DNA from: Bacteroidaceae bacterium | GTDB lineage: Bacteria; Bacteroidota; Bacteroidia; Bacteroidales; Bacteroidaceae | Direction of reading: 5' to 3' | Length of the DNA: 64,000 bases | Assembly: GCA_045589695.1 (NCBI GenBank) | Contig: JAZNPP010000056.1 | Span: forward strand, 2,100 to 66,099 | In this document: one piece after another, positions 35,626-45,655 of the stretch | Layout of the letters: each line of letters opens with the position of its first letter | Position numbering within the stretch: position 1 is the stretch's first letter | Translations under genes and position numbers: made by a program | Notes under the pieces: model-generated | What the model saw: the letters and a program-made list of their open reading frames with translations, nothing else | Database searches by the model: none | What the model was told of the DNA's origin: nothing

Positions 35626-35633
35626 CGAAGATA
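35626..35633 (-). promoter_or_regulatory. -7 promoter box for tRNA-Gly
   Basis: The minus strand reads TATCTTCG, 16 nt upstream of the mature tRNA 5' end. Confidence 0.5.
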
Positions 35634-35702
35634 CAACTATTTTTCATGATTCAGCCAACAGCGATTAAATTTTTCTAATAAATTAACACCTGACCCATCC
35701 GA

Positions 35703-37193
35703 TCATTCAGAATTCCCCTCAACCTCGGAACTTGCTATAGTCAGCAGATTGTCGCCCGGCAGCAGTTCGACCATACCTGTCGGAACAATGTATTTCTCGC
35801 CTCGTTTAATCATTACCACAAGCACCCCCTGCGGCAAGCCGAGCGACTTGAGAGTATTACCTTTTTCGGCGATAAGTTCCTCGGTAATCTTTATCTCGCT
35901 TTGTTCTCCGGCCTCTTCGGGCAAATCCACATTAAAATCCACCTCCTTCTTGACAGGCAGCAGCAGATTCAGTTTTTTCGCGGACGCGACGATTGTGCTG
36001 CCTTGCAGAACAAGGGAGAGCAGAGTTATGAAAAAAACAATATTAAAGATGTCATTGCTGCCAGGCACATGCTCCACAACCGGATAAATCGCGAATATTA
36101 TGGGCACTGCTCCCCTGAGTCCCACCCATGATATGAAGAACTTCGAGGGCACCGTGATATTCTTGAACGGCAAGAGAGAGATGAATACACTCAGCGGCCT
36201 TGCCACAAGCATCATGAATATACCGATGAAGAGAGCGGCTACAGCAGTCTTCCACATCTCGCTCGGATTTACAAGCAGGCCAAGCAGCAGGAACATGCAT
36301 ATCTGAACTATCCATGTCATTCCGTCGAAAAAGGCGTACACCTGTTTTCGGCTCTTCATCTTGTTATTTCCGACAATTATACCCACAATATACACGGCAA
36401 GGTACCCGTTGCCGTCGAGAAGGTCACTGAAGGCAAAAGTAAAGAAGACGATGCTCAGAAGCATTATCGAATAAAGAGGTATATTATCTATATTAACCCT
36501 CTTCATAAACCATACGGCAGCAAAACCGGCACACACGCCTATCATGGCGCCTGCGGCGAACTGCTGGACAAGTATCTTCAGCGAATCGACAAACAGCAGA
36601 GCGAAGTCCGTACCCGCCGTGCCGGACTCGCCTAATGTCAAAGAGAGCTGTATAAGCACAATGGTAAGTATATATGCCATAGGGTCGTTGCTTCCGCTCT
36701 CAAGTTCGAGCATCGGCTGAAGATTATTCTTCAGGTTAATATTCTTGCTCCTGAGAAGATTGAATACCGATGCAGAATCGGTTGATGACATTGTCGCCGC
36801 CAAAAGGAAACATGTCACCAATGGAAGTTCAAAGGAGAGAAGCGGCCATTCCGCAAGCATGAATATGAATGTTCCCGTCAGAAGCGTAGTGAGAAGCACT
36901 CCAACTGTAGAGAGAGTCAGTCCAGGCCCCATGACAGGCTTTATATCGCCGAGACTTGTCTCAAGACCGCCTGTGAACAGAATAACGCAAAGGGCTACCA
37001 TGCCCACAAACTGCGCCTGCCCCATATTGTCGAAATGTATTCCCAAGCCGTCACAGCCGAACAGCATTCCCGCTACAAGAAAAAGCAGTAAAGCAGGCAA
37101 GCCGAAACGGCCGCCCGCCTTTGTGATGAGAATACTGCAAAAAATCAGTATTGACCCAACAAGCAACAGATTACCCGATGTAAAGAATATCAT
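35703..37193 (-). CDS. K+/H+ (cation:proton) antiporter, CPA1 NhaP2/CvrA type with C-terminal TrkA-C domain
   Basis: 496-aa ORF with about 12 TM helices, the ATMSSTDSASV and ESGSNDPMA transport motifs, and a soluble C-terminal domain (VVMIKRGEKYIVPTGMVELLPGDNLL). Confidence 0.8.
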   Translation of the reverse strand: MIFFTSGNLLLVGSILIFCSILITKAGGRFGLPALLLFLVAGMLFGCDGLGIHFDNMGQAQFVGMVALCVILFTGGLETSLGDIKPVMGPGLTLSTVGVLLTTLLTGTFIFMLAEWPLLSFELPLVTCFLLAATMSSTDSASVFNLLRSKNINLKNNLQPMLELESGSNDPMAYILTIVLIQLSLTLGESGTAGTDFALLFVDSLKILVQQFAAGAMIGVCAGFAAVWFMKRVNIDNIPLYSIMLLSIVFFTFAFSDLLDGNGYLAVYIVGIIVGNNKMKSRKQVYAFFDGMTWIVQICMFLLLGLLVNPSEMWKTAVAALFIGIFMMLVARPLSVFISLLPFKNITVPSKFFISWVGLRGAVPIIFAIYPVVEHVPGSNDIFNIVFFITLLSLVLQGSTIVASAKKLNLLLPVKKEVDFNVDLPEEAGEQSEIKITEELIAEKGNTLKSLGLPQGVLVVMIKRGEKYIVPTGMVELLPGDNLLTIASSEVEGNSE

Positions 37194-37214
37194 ATACTCA
37201 TTTCGTTAAACGCA

Positions 37215-38513
37215 TCAATAAATACGTATCAGCAAAAGCCCGACAAGCAGCGCCACCGCTGTAGCCACAAGCCCCGGCATCATGAACGAATGGTTCAGTA
37301 TCCACTTGCCGATACGTGTAGTGCCCGTGCGGTCAAAGTTAATGGCAGCGACAAGCGTAGGATAGTTAGGAATGAAGAAGTAGCCGTTCACCGCAGGGAA
37401 AAGAGCAATGAGCATCATTGGGTTTATGCCTAACGCCACTCCCAACGGAACAATGGCACGTACCGTCGCCGCTTGGCTGTAAAGAAGTATGGACATCACG
37501 AACAGCGCGCCGCCGAAAAGCCAGGGCATGTCGGTAACCACATGCTTTATGGACTCTGTAAGACCTGTTATATTGCCGTTTATGAAAGTATCGCCCATCC
37601 ATGCGATACCGAAGATCGCCACCACCGCCTGCATTCCGGCAGAGAAGACACTGCCCTGAGCGGCCTTCGTTCCGCTCGTACGTGTCACAAGAAGAATGAC
37701 GGCCGCAACGGCAAGCATGAGTATCTCTATCAGCGACGGCATGTCAAGCAGTTTGCCGTCGAAAGATGGACGCAGTGAAGGCATTGAGCCGAACAGCACG
37801 ATGAGCAGCGTCGCCGCAATGAAAAGCATTACCGAAACACGCGCGTTGAAAACATTCTTCACATCCTTCAGTTCCGCATGCTTCACATCCATTTCGCCGG
37901 CATTCAGCCTTTTCAGGTATTCGGGATCTTCGACAAGTTCCTTGCCGACCCTCATTGACGCGAAGGCGCCGACAAGCACGCCTGCCAGAGTCGCCGGGAT
38001 GCTGACTTTGAGAATGTCGAACAGAGTGATGTCATACCCCGACAGCAGACCGAGCAGAGCGACTGTTGCCGCAGAAATAGGAGAAGCCGTAATAGCCTGC
38101 TGAGAAGCGATTACGGCAATGCCCAACGGTCTTTCGGGACGGATTTTCGTTTCCGTCGCCACCTCGGCTATCACGGGAAGCACCGAATAGGCCACATGCC
38201 CGGTGCCTGCAAGAAATGTGAATGTATAAGTCACCAAAGGAGCCAGAATTGTAACATATTGCGGATGTTTGCGCAAAATACGCTCGGCCACCTTCACCAT
38301 GTAGTCAAGGCCGCCCGCCGCCTGCATGCATGCCGCGGCGGATATTACCGCCGCAATCATCAGCATCACGTCTATCGGCGGCGCGGTAGGCTGAAGGCCG
38401 AACACGAATGTCAGCACAGCGACGCCTACGCCGCCCATGACGCCAAGACCGATACCTCCGAGCCTCGCTCCCAGAATAATGAACGTAAGAACAAATAGTA
38501 GTTGAATCAGCAT
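37215..38513 (-). CDS. anaerobic C4-dicarboxylate transporter (DcuA/DcuB family)
   Basis: 432-aa polytopic ORF. MLIQLLFVLTFIILGARLGGIGLGVMGG and the overall length and pattern are typical of Dcu carriers. It sits next to ansB. Confidence 0.82.
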   Translation of the reverse strand: MLIQLLFVLTFIILGARLGGIGLGVMGGVGVAVLTFVFGLQPTAPPIDVMLMIAAVISAAACMQAAGGLDYMVKVAERILRKHPQYVTILAPLVTYTFTFLAGTGHVAYSVLPVIAEVATETKIRPERPLGIAVIASQQAITASPISAATVALLGLLSGYDITLFDILKVSIPATLAGVLVGAFASMRVGKELVEDPEYLKRLNAGEMDVKHAELKDVKNVFNARVSVMLFIAATLLIVLFGSMPSLRPSFDGKLLDMPSLIEILMLAVAAVILLVTRTSGTKAAQGSVFSAGMQAVVAIFGIAWMGDTFINGNITGLTESIKHVVTDMPWLFGGALFVMSILLYSQAATVRAIVPLGVALGINPMMLIALFPAVNGYFFIPNYPTLVAAINFDRTGTTRIGKWILNHSFMMPGLVATAVALLVGLLLIRIY

Positions 38514-38538
38514 AAGTTATAAGCCATTTGTCGCTCCG

Positions 38539-39714
38539 TCAAAAAACGGGCAGTTTGTATATAAAGCCCAATGATACCCTTTGCGTGCTATAGTTGTCGT
38601 TTCCGTAAAATTCAGCTCTTTCAGTAAACATGTGCGTCTGCCCAATAAAAGCAAGGTAGAAGTGCAGGTTCGACTCCATAGGATAGAACTCTATTCCGCC
38701 CTGATAGCCCACCGACGTGCGGTAGTTGCCCTTTTTGAGCGTACCGTTATCCTTATATACCGATGCCGTCTCGAACATGCCTTGAGCGAAGAAATTCCAC
38801 TTAGGCAAGAAGCGGTAGTTTACCTTTGCCACGAATGAGTTATACATGGTGTTGAAAGTATTATGACCGGCGAAAGCGACCTGGCCGCCGCAGATGTTAG
38901 TAATGATGCCCTTGCGGTCGAGCTGCTCCGTAGAAGTCATGATATCGAAGTACATGTTGCATTTTTCGGAGAAATTGAATTGGTTGCCCAATGCGAAGTA
39001 GAACATATACTTGTCCTTAGCCTCATTCATAACCGAAGCCGACCAACGTGTCTGATATATGCCCATTGTACCGTTCCAGTTTACAGAATATACAAGCGGA
39101 AGACGTGAAGCCTCAATGCCTCTGCCGTATTCCGATTCCGTGCTGCCGTTAAGGCTGTTGAGCGCCTGGAACTGAAGCTGATGCTTCGGATTGATGTCAT
39201 AGATAAGAGTCAAACCGGTCATAAAGTTGCTCATGTTCTCAATCATTTCGCTGTACTGGTATATCTCTATCGGGTTAAGGTCGTACTCAAAGCCGCCGTA
39301 CGCAACGCCCTGCTTGCCGGCAAAGATTGAAAGATGCTTGTTGAACTTGACTCCTATAGCCGCATAATCGATAGACTTGGGCAAATTGTCTATCATGCCT
39401 CCGCCTTCGTTTCCGCGATTAAGACGCTGGCGCCAACGGTATGACAGCCAATCGGTAACCTGTCCCGTAGCCTCGATGCGGAACTGCTGCATATTGAACG
39501 CTCCCTGATTGAAGCCGGGAGCGCCGTAGTTGAACTTAGCGTCAAAACCCGCATGCATGTTCAGGTACAGGTTGAACCAATCCTGCTTCTTCTCCATTTT
39601 TGCCACACGCTCAAAGAGAGTCTTCTCGTTCTGCGCAGACAACGCTGTTACTATAAACGCCAAAAAGAGTGTCGAAAAAAACTTTTTCATATCCGTGTCT
39701 TGTTTAATATTCAT
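38539..39714 (-). CDS. putative outer-membrane porin (beta-barrel)
   Basis: 391-aa ORF with alternating beta pattern and a C-terminal ...GFIYKLPVF. The likely true start is the ATG at 39690 (MKKFFSTLFLAFIVTALSAQ signal peptide), which removes the overlap with ansB. Confidence 0.55.
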   Translation of the reverse strand: MNIKQDTDMKKFFSTLFLAFIVTALSAQNEKTLFERVAKMEKKQDWFNLYLNMHAGFDAKFNYGAPGFNQGAFNMQQFRIEATGQVTDWLSYRWRQRLNRGNEGGGMIDNLPKSIDYAAIGVKFNKHLSIFAGKQGVAYGGFEYDLNPIEIYQYSEMIENMSNFMTGLTLIYDINPKHQLQFQALNSLNGSTESEYGRGIEASRLPLVYSVNWNGTMGIYQTRWSASVMNEAKDKYMFYFALGNQFNFSEKCNMYFDIMTSTEQLDRKGIITNICGGQVAFAGHNTFNTMYNSFVAKVNYRFLPKWNFFAQGMFETASVYKDNGTLKKGNYRTSVGYQGGIEFYPMESNLHFYLAFIGQTHMFTERAEFYGNDNYSTQRVSLGFIYKLPVF

Positions 39715-40759
39715 TGAAATATTTCTGTATAGCCTGCCAATCGTTTGTCTTCGTCAATGCCAGCATAAGCAGAATACGGGCTTTCTGCGGATTGAGTCCC
39801 CATGAAGCGACGAACTGGTACTTATTGTCATCGACCTCCGCATCGAGAGTAGTCGCACCTGTAGGCACACGGCTTGAACGCACCACAATCACACCGGCCT
39901 TTCGCGCCTTTTCGAGTTCCGGAAAGACATTCTTGTGAATATTGCCGTTTCCCACGCCGGCATAAACGATACCTTTATAACCCTTCTCGACCATCATGTT
40001 CACGACATCGCCTTCGACATTGGAGTAGCCGTACGCAATACCGACTTTCGGCAACGAGTATAGAGAACTTACATTGAAAAGAGGAGCGTGCAGAGGCTCA
40101 GCTGCCACCTTATAATGCACCTTGCCGTTGTGAACATAGCCTAAAGGACCGAAATTAGGTGACTGGAATGTCTCGACGCTTGTAGTATTCGTCTTTGTCA
40201 CGTCGCGAGCGCCATACACCTTGTCGTTCATGCACACCACCACTCCACGGCCTTTTGACTCAGGCGACGACGCCACAACGACCGCATTGAAAAGATTTGC
40301 AGGGCCGTCGGCTCCTATAGCAGTGGAAGGACGCATTGCGCCGACAAGAACGACAGGTTTCTCATTTCCGAGAACAAGGCTGAGGAAGAATGCGGTCTCT
40401 TCCATCGTGTCCGTTCCGTGAGTAACCACAATGCCATCTACGTCGGGTTGCGCAAGCAGCTCCTTTATCCTTTTAGCGAGAGTAAGCCACACGCTGTCGC
40501 TCATATCCTGAGAGCCTATGTTCACGACCTGCTCGCCCTGTACGTCGGCGATGTCGTTTATTACAGGCACCGCATCGAGCAGAGCGCCTATGGCGACCTG
40601 CCCTGCCGAGTATTGTGACTTAGTGGCCGAAGAGCCCGAACCGGCTATCGTTCCGCCTGTCGCAAGAATTCGCACATTAGGCTTCTGCTGGGCAAAAGCT
40701 ACACCCGCTGACAGCAACAATATTGCCGCAAAGAGATAAAATCTTTTCATTTTTTTCAT
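39704..40759 (-). CDS. ansB: periplasmic L-asparaginase, type II
   Basis: 351-aa ORF with a signal peptide and the catalytic motifs ILATGGTIAG and GIVVTHGTDTMEETA. Confidence 0.9.
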   Translation of the reverse strand: MKKMKRFYLFAAILLLSAGVAFAQQKPNVRILATGGTIAGSGSSATKSQYSAGQVAIGALLDAVPVINDIADVQGEQVVNIGSQDMSDSVWLTLAKRIKELLAQPDVDGIVVTHGTDTMEETAFFLSLVLGNEKPVVLVGAMRPSTAIGADGPANLFNAVVVASSPESKGRGVVVCMNDKVYGARDVTKTNTTSVETFQSPNFGPLGYVHNGKVHYKVAAEPLHAPLFNVSSLYSLPKVGIAYGYSNVEGDVVNMMVEKGYKGIVYAGVGNGNIHKNVFPELEKARKAGVIVVRSSRVPTGATTLDAEVDDNKYQFVASWGLNPQKARILLMLALTKTNDWQAIQKYFNEY

Positions 40760-40842
40760 AACTCAATATTTTTTATCATACATTTTACAAACACATGTGC
40801 GGGAGTTTTGTTGCCATACCATGCCGGAAGAGCCGCAGAGCG

Positions 40843-41760
40843 TCAGAATATCGACTCCATCGTTTCGGTTGTCAGCAGTTCAAGAGTCTTCATTCCCATT
40901 ACGGAATTGCCCTTCGAGTTAAGACGAGGGCTCCACACCGCCACGGAATAGCGTCGAGGATAAACAGCCGCGATGCCGCCGCCAACGCCGCTCTTGCCCG
41001 GCAAACCGACAAGATAAGAGAATTCGCCCGCCTCATCATAGAATCCGCATGTCTGCATAACCGCATTTATGCGTTTTACTTGTGAAGATGTAAGAGAGAT
41101 GCCCGAATAGCAGAATTTCTCATTATGGTTGGCGAACGCGAGGAACGCCCTCGCAAGCTCTTTGCAGTTCATCTCCAGCGAACACATCTTGAAGTAGAAA
41201 GCAAGCACCTCTTCCACATCGCACTCTATCTTTTTGTGATACTTCAGAAGATTGGCTATGGCCGCATTCAGATAGCCGTTCTTACGTTCCGAGCGTGCTA
41301 CGTCAATATTATACCCTACAGTACCCGAGCCGCACAGCTCACGCACGAAAGAGAGAAAGTTCTCTTCGGGGTCGGCAAGCGATGTAAGCAGAACGTCGGC
41401 AAGCACAATGGCTCCGGCATTTATGAACGGATTGCGAGGAAGACCATGCTCCGCCTCAAGCTGCACCAAAGAGTTGAACGCCGTCCCCGACGGCTCCTTG
41501 CCTACACGCTTCCAGAGCCCTTCGCCTTTGATTGAAAGGCACATCGCAAGAGAAAAAACCTTTGAGATACTCTGCAACGAGAAACGCTCGCCGGCATCGC
41601 CCACAGAATATACGTGTCCGTCGATAGAATTAAGGCATACCGCATATTTATCGGGACAGACATTCGCCAACGCCGGAATATAGTCGGCAAGCTTGCCTTG
41701 CCCGGCCAAAGGCCTTACGGCTTTGGATATATCTTCAAGAACAGCTTGATAGTTCATCAT
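40843..41760 (-). CDS. glsA: glutaminase A
   Basis: 305-aa ORF with LQSISKVFSL (the Ser-x-x-Lys of serine-dependent glutaminases), NPFINAGAI and VGLPGKSGVGGGI blocks. Confidence 0.88.
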   Translation of the reverse strand: MMNYQAVLEDISKAVRPLAGQGKLADYIPALANVCPDKYAVCLNSIDGHVYSVGDAGERFSLQSISKVFSLAMCLSIKGEGLWKRVGKEPSGTAFNSLVQLEAEHGLPRNPFINAGAIVLADVLLTSLADPEENFLSFVRELCGSGTVGYNIDVARSERKNGYLNAAIANLLKYHKKIECDVEEVLAFYFKMCSLEMNCKELARAFLAFANHNEKFCYSGISLTSSQVKRINAVMQTCGFYDEAGEFSYLVGLPGKSGVGGGIAAVYPRRYSVAVWSPRLNSKGNSVMGMKTLELLTTETMESIF

Positions 41761-41787
41761 ATAATACTACGTTATACTATAACAATG

Positions 41788-41795
41788 CGAAGATA
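41788..41795 (-). promoter_or_regulatory. -7 promoter box for glsA
   Basis: The minus strand reads TATCTTCG, 28 nt upstream of the ATG at 41760. Confidence 0.5.
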
Positions 41796-41879
41796 GTAAA
41801 ATTTGTGAACAATATAAAATTAATAAAAATTTTATAAGCGTATTGCTGACGCCACCTTGCAACAAAGGAATAAAACAGC

Positions 41880-41887
41880 TACATTTG
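41880..41887 (+). promoter_or_regulatory. -7 promoter box for the TrmH-family gene
   Basis: TACATTTG, 17 nt before the ATG at 41904. Confidence 0.5.
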
Positions 41888-41903
41888 CCGTAATTTAAAC
41901 GAA

Positions 41904-42704
41904 ATGCAGATAACAGAGATAACATCGCTCACACAGCCCGGCGTGGAAATATTCAGCACGCTTACAGAAGCGCAGCTGCGCCGTGAGTATGAGCCTCAGC
42001 AGGGAATATTCATCGCGGAAAGCCCTAAGGTCATTCGTGTAGCCCTCAACGCAGGCTGCAGGCCTGTAGCCATGCTTTGCGAAAAAAGGCACATAGAGGG
42101 CGATGCCGCCGACATAATAGAGCGTTGCGGCGACATCGCCGTATACACAGGTGAACGCAGCCTGCTCGCATCGCTTACCGGATACACCCTCACTCGGGGA
42201 GTGCTTTGCGCCATGCAAAGGCCCGCAGAACCGAGTATCGCCGAAGTCTGCCGTGACGCTAAACGCATTGTTGTAATTGACGGCGTTGTAGACACGACGA
42301 ACATCGGCGCCATATTCCGCAGTGCGGCAGCGCTCGGCATTGATGCGGTATTGCTCACCCGCAACTCATGCGACCCTTTCAACCGCAGAGCGGTAAGAGT
42401 TTCAATGGGAACGGTTTTCCTTGTTCCCTGGACATGGATAGACGATGTTTCAGAGGTAAAGAAGCAAGGTTTCACGACTGCGGCGATGGCGCTCACCGAC
42501 AAATCCGTTCCGCTTGACACGCCTGAACTGAAAACTATCGACAGGCTTGCTATTATAATGGGAACGGAGGGTGACGGCTTGCCCGAAGAGACAATATCGC
42601 AAGCCGACAGAGTTGTACGAATACCGATGTCGCGCGACGTCGATTCACTTAACGTGGCCGCGGCTGCCGCAGTCGCATTCTGGGAGCTGAGGAGCAGAGA
42701 TTAG
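41904..42704 (+). CDS. TrmH/SpoU family RNA 2'-O-methyltransferase
   Basis: 266-aa ORF with SPOUT motifs VVIDGVVDTTNIGAIFRSAAALG, IIMGTEGDGL and IPMSRDVDSLNVAAAAAV. Confidence 0.78.
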   Translation: MQITEITSLTQPGVEIFSTLTEAQLRREYEPQQGIFIAESPKVIRVALNAGCRPVAMLCEKRHIEGDAADIIERCGDIAVYTGERSLLASLTGYTLTRGVLCAMQRPAEPSIAEVCRDAKRIVVIDGVVDTTNIGAIFRSAAALGIDAVLLTRNSCDPFNRRAVRVSMGTVFLVPWTWIDDVSEVKKQGFTTAAMALTDKSVPLDTPELKTIDRLAIIMGTEGDGLPEETISQADRVVRIPMSRDVDSLNVAAAAAVAFWELRSRD

Positions 42705-42738
42705 CGCCCGCGATCTTTTGTTTTGCATTATTTTGAAC

Positions 42739-42746
42739 TATCTTCG
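42739..42746 (+). promoter_or_regulatory. -7 promoter box for the 42762 nucleotidyltransferase gene
   Basis: TATCTTCG, 16 nt before the ATG, with several TTTG motifs 10-25 nt upstream. Confidence 0.5.
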
Positions 42747-42761
42747 TGAAAAATTAGAATT

Positions 42762-43565
42762 ATGAAAGCTATGATATTTGCGGCGGGGCTCGGCACTCGC
42801 CTAAAGCCCTTGACCGACACCCTTCCCAAAGCGCTTGTTCCTGTTTGCGGAAAGCCGCTTCTTGAACATGTGGCGCGCAAGCTGTTGGCTGCAGGGATAA
42901 ATGACGTAGTCGTGAACATACACTATTTTGCCGACAAGATTGAACAATGGATAAATGAACAAGAGTGGATAGCCACTGGCGACAAAAGGCCTGCTGACGG
43001 CGAAATGCATATGGACATAAGCGACGAGCGTGCCCTGCTGCTTGAAACGGGAGGCGCCGTGCTTCATGCCCGCAAATACCTTGAGGGGTGCGGACGTTTC
43101 CTTATTCATAATGTAGATATCCTTTCGAACTGCGACATCGAATGGTTTGAATCGCAGGTAAACGAAGACGCTATCGCCACGTTGCTTGTCAGCGAACGGT
43201 CTACTACCCGTTTCCTGCTCTTCGCCCCGGAGAGCATGCGTCTTGTCGGCTGGATGAACACCGACAGCGGAGATTACCACGTGACATCGCCCGAAATCTC
43301 TCCGGCCGACTGCCGCGCCTTAGCATTCTCAGGCATACATATTCTCAGTGACAAGGTACTCGAACTGATGCAGCGATATGTCGAGGAGAGAGGCCTGCCT
43401 GCTGATGAGACGGCCGGCACACGATTCCCGATAATGAGCTTTTACATGTGGCTCGCCGCACGTTATCCTGTGTACGGCGTCGTTGCCAGTGACCTGGACT
43501 TCATAGATGTAGGCAAGTTGGACGCGCTAAAGCCTGCCGAAGAGTTCGTAAAGAGCGGGAAGTAA
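42762..43565 (+). CDS. nucleotidyltransferase family protein (MurU / mannose-1-P guanylyltransferase-like)
   Basis: 267-aa ORF, MKAMIFAAGLGTRLKPLTDTLPKALVPVCGKPLLEH, a textbook NTP_transferase N-terminus. Confidence 0.72.
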   Translation: MKAMIFAAGLGTRLKPLTDTLPKALVPVCGKPLLEHVARKLLAAGINDVVVNIHYFADKIEQWINEQEWIATGDKRPADGEMHMDISDERALLLETGGAVLHARKYLEGCGRFLIHNVDILSNCDIEWFESQVNEDAIATLLVSERSTTRFLLFAPESMRLVGWMNTDSGDYHVTSPEISPADCRALAFSGIHILSDKVLELMQRYVEERGLPADETAGTRFPIMSFYMWLAARYPVYGVVASDLDFIDVGKLDALKPAEEFVKSGK

Positions 43566-43618
43566 CCATGATTAGCAATAAAAAACCACATAAAACAGAG
43601 GTATACGGAATTATTTGT

Positions 43619-43626
43619 TACCTTTG
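43619..43626 (+). promoter_or_regulatory. -7 promoter box for the DUF4199-like / GT2 / lipoprotein / barrel string
   Basis: TACCTTTG, 27 nt before the ATG at 43653. Confidence 0.5.
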
Positions 43627-43652
43627 TATCATACAATAAATGACGAAAATAC

Positions 43653-44186
43653 ATGAGTAAAGCCAACAATAAAGAGTTCTACCAGAGAGCTATGTACTAC
43701 GGCACATGGTTAGGCGCCGCATGGAGCGTAATGTATCTGCTTCTGTTTGCAGGCACCGAGAACATGGCAGCGCTGATGATATGCATATCCCTGTTCTTCG
43801 CATCTCCGGTAATAGCCGTAATGTCGGCAATAACATACCGCAAGAGGGAGTGTAACGACACGATGAGCTACATTCAGGCATGGATATTCATATTCTATAT
43901 GTATATATGCGCAAGCATGCTTAGCGCTTTGGTTGCATTCATATACTTCAGGTTCTTTGACGGCGGCACGTTCTTCATGACATTGCAAGGCATGCTTGAC
44001 GAGAGCATGAAATTGCCGGGAGCGGACGCCGTATTGGCCGAACAGCTGGCACAGACATCCAAGATTCTCGAACAGACGACATCCGCCGATTTTGTCTGGC
44101 AGCTGCTAAGCAACAATCTGACCAACACGACCATAATTCCGTTCATTCTGGCTCTTTTCGCAAAGAAAAACCCTAAAACGGCATAA
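43653..44186 (+). CDS. small 4-TM membrane protein (DUF4199-like, from memory)
   Basis: 177-aa ORF with four hydrophobic helices and no motif I can assign. It is the first gene of a four-gene plus-strand string behind a TACCTTTG box. Confidence 0.5.
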   Translation: MSKANNKEFYQRAMYYGTWLGAAWSVMYLLLFAGTENMAALMICISLFFASPVIAVMSAITYRKRECNDTMSYIQAWIFIFYMYICASMLSALVAFIYFRFFDGGTFFMTLQGMLDESMKLPGADAVLAEQLAQTSKILEQTTSADFVWQLLSNNLTNTTIIPFILALFAKKNPKTA

Positions 44187-44213
44187 CCCTGACATATAAC
44201 AACAACATATACA

Positions 44214-45164
44214 ATGGACATTTCAGTTATCATACCATTATATAATGAGGCCGATTCGCTTCCCGAACTGACAGCATGGATAGAGCGTGTAATGGAAGAG
44301 AACAAGTTCTCGTACGAGATAATATTCGTGAATGACGGCAGCACCGACAACTCTTGGGAAATAATCGAGGGACTGAAAAAGAAAAACGACAATATTCACG
44401 GAATAAAGTTCCGCCGCAACTACGGCAAGTCACCGGCACTCTACTGCGGTTTCGAGCGTGCCAAAGGCGAAGTGGTGATAACAATGGACGCAGACCTCCA
44501 GGACAGCCCTGACGAGATACGCCCGTTGTACGACATGATAACAAAAGAGGGATACGACCTTGTGTCGGGCTACAAGAAGAAACGCTACGACCCGCTAAGC
44601 AAGACTATACCCACAAAGCTGTTCAACGCCACCGCACGTAAGGTTTCGGGCATAAAGAACCTGCATGACTTCAACTGCGGACTCAAGGCATACCGCAACG
44701 AGGTTGTAAAAAACATAGAGGTATACGGCGACATGCACCGATACATCCCCTACCTCGCGAAGAACGCCGGCTACGAGAAAATCGGCGAACGAGTGGTACA
44801 GCACCAGGCGCGCAAGTACGGCAAAAGCAAGTTCGGAATAAGCCGTTTCTTCCACGGCTACCTTGACCTCATGTCATTGTGGTTCCTGTCGAAGTTCAGT
44901 TATCGCCCGATGCACATTTTCGGTTTTTGGGGAACAATTATGTTCCTGCTCGGTTTCATCGCAGCAATCATTGTAGGCGGCACAAAACTATGGGCTCTGA
45001 GCCATTGTGAGCCGAGTCGCCTCGTGACAGACTCGCCATACTTCTACATTTCGCTAACGCTGATGATTATGGGCACGCAGCTGTTCCTGACAGGCTTCAT
45101 CGCAGAACTTGTAAGCCGTACGTCGCAGGAGCGCAACAGATATAACATTTCAAAGGAGATATGA
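44214..45164 (+). CDS. family-2 glycosyltransferase, polyprenyl-phosphate sugar synthase type (GtrB/ArnC/DPM1-like)
   Basis: 316-aa ORF with ISVIIPLYNEADSL, FVNDGSTDNS, TMDADLQDSP (DxD) and two C-terminal TM helices. Confidence 0.85.
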   Translation: MDISVIIPLYNEADSLPELTAWIERVMEENKFSYEIIFVNDGSTDNSWEIIEGLKKKNDNIHGIKFRRNYGKSPALYCGFERAKGEVVITMDADLQDSPDEIRPLYDMITKEGYDLVSGYKKKRYDPLSKTIPTKLFNATARKVSGIKNLHDFNCGLKAYRNEVVKNIEVYGDMHRYIPYLAKNAGYEKIGERVVQHQARKYGKSKFGISRFFHGYLDLMSLWFLSKFSYRPMHIFGFWGTIMFLLGFIAAIIVGGTKLWALSHCEPSRLVTDSPYFYISLTLMIMGTQLFLTGFIAELVSRTSQERNRYNISKEI

Positions 45165-45655
45165 CAAGCCGCATTGCCAAAAGAATAAGCCCGCTTATTG
45201 CCGCAATATGCATTGCCTTTTGCGGCTGCGACGGAGGATACGACTGCAGCATCGAGAACACCGCATACAATAGAATCGGTTTCTACAATATCGACAGCAA
45301 CAACCTTGAGAGCAAATATGAGTTCCCCGGGGTGCTGACAATATCCATGGTGATAAACGGCAGGGATTCCATTGTCGTAAACCGCATATACGGCACAAGC
45401 GACCTGAAATTGCCCGTGAGCTATGCCAACGAGTGCGACACGCTGACTTTCAACTATGAGAACGGGGCTAAAGACACGCTTTTCGTCAAGCATGAGAACA
45501 TCCCCTATTTTGTCTCCATGGAGTGCGGAACCGCCATGTACCACAGAATTCTGAGCGTAGAACACACCGGTGCTTACATCGATTCTGCCGCTATTGTGAA
45601 CGACTATATTGACTACGACTACGATGAGAATATTAAGCTGTATCTTGTTCAGTAG
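45161..45655 (+). CDS. small lipoprotein of unknown function
   Basis: 164-aa ORF with lipobox IAFCGC-D. Its ATG overlaps the GT2 stop (ATGA). Confidence 0.5.
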   Translation: MTSRIAKRISPLIAAICIAFCGCDGGYDCSIENTAYNRIGFYNIDSNNLESKYEFPGVLTISMVINGRDSIVVNRIYGTSDLKLPVSYANECDTLTFNYENGAKDTLFVKHENIPYFVSMECGTAMYHRILSVEHTGAYIDSAAIVNDYIDYDYDENIKLYLVQ

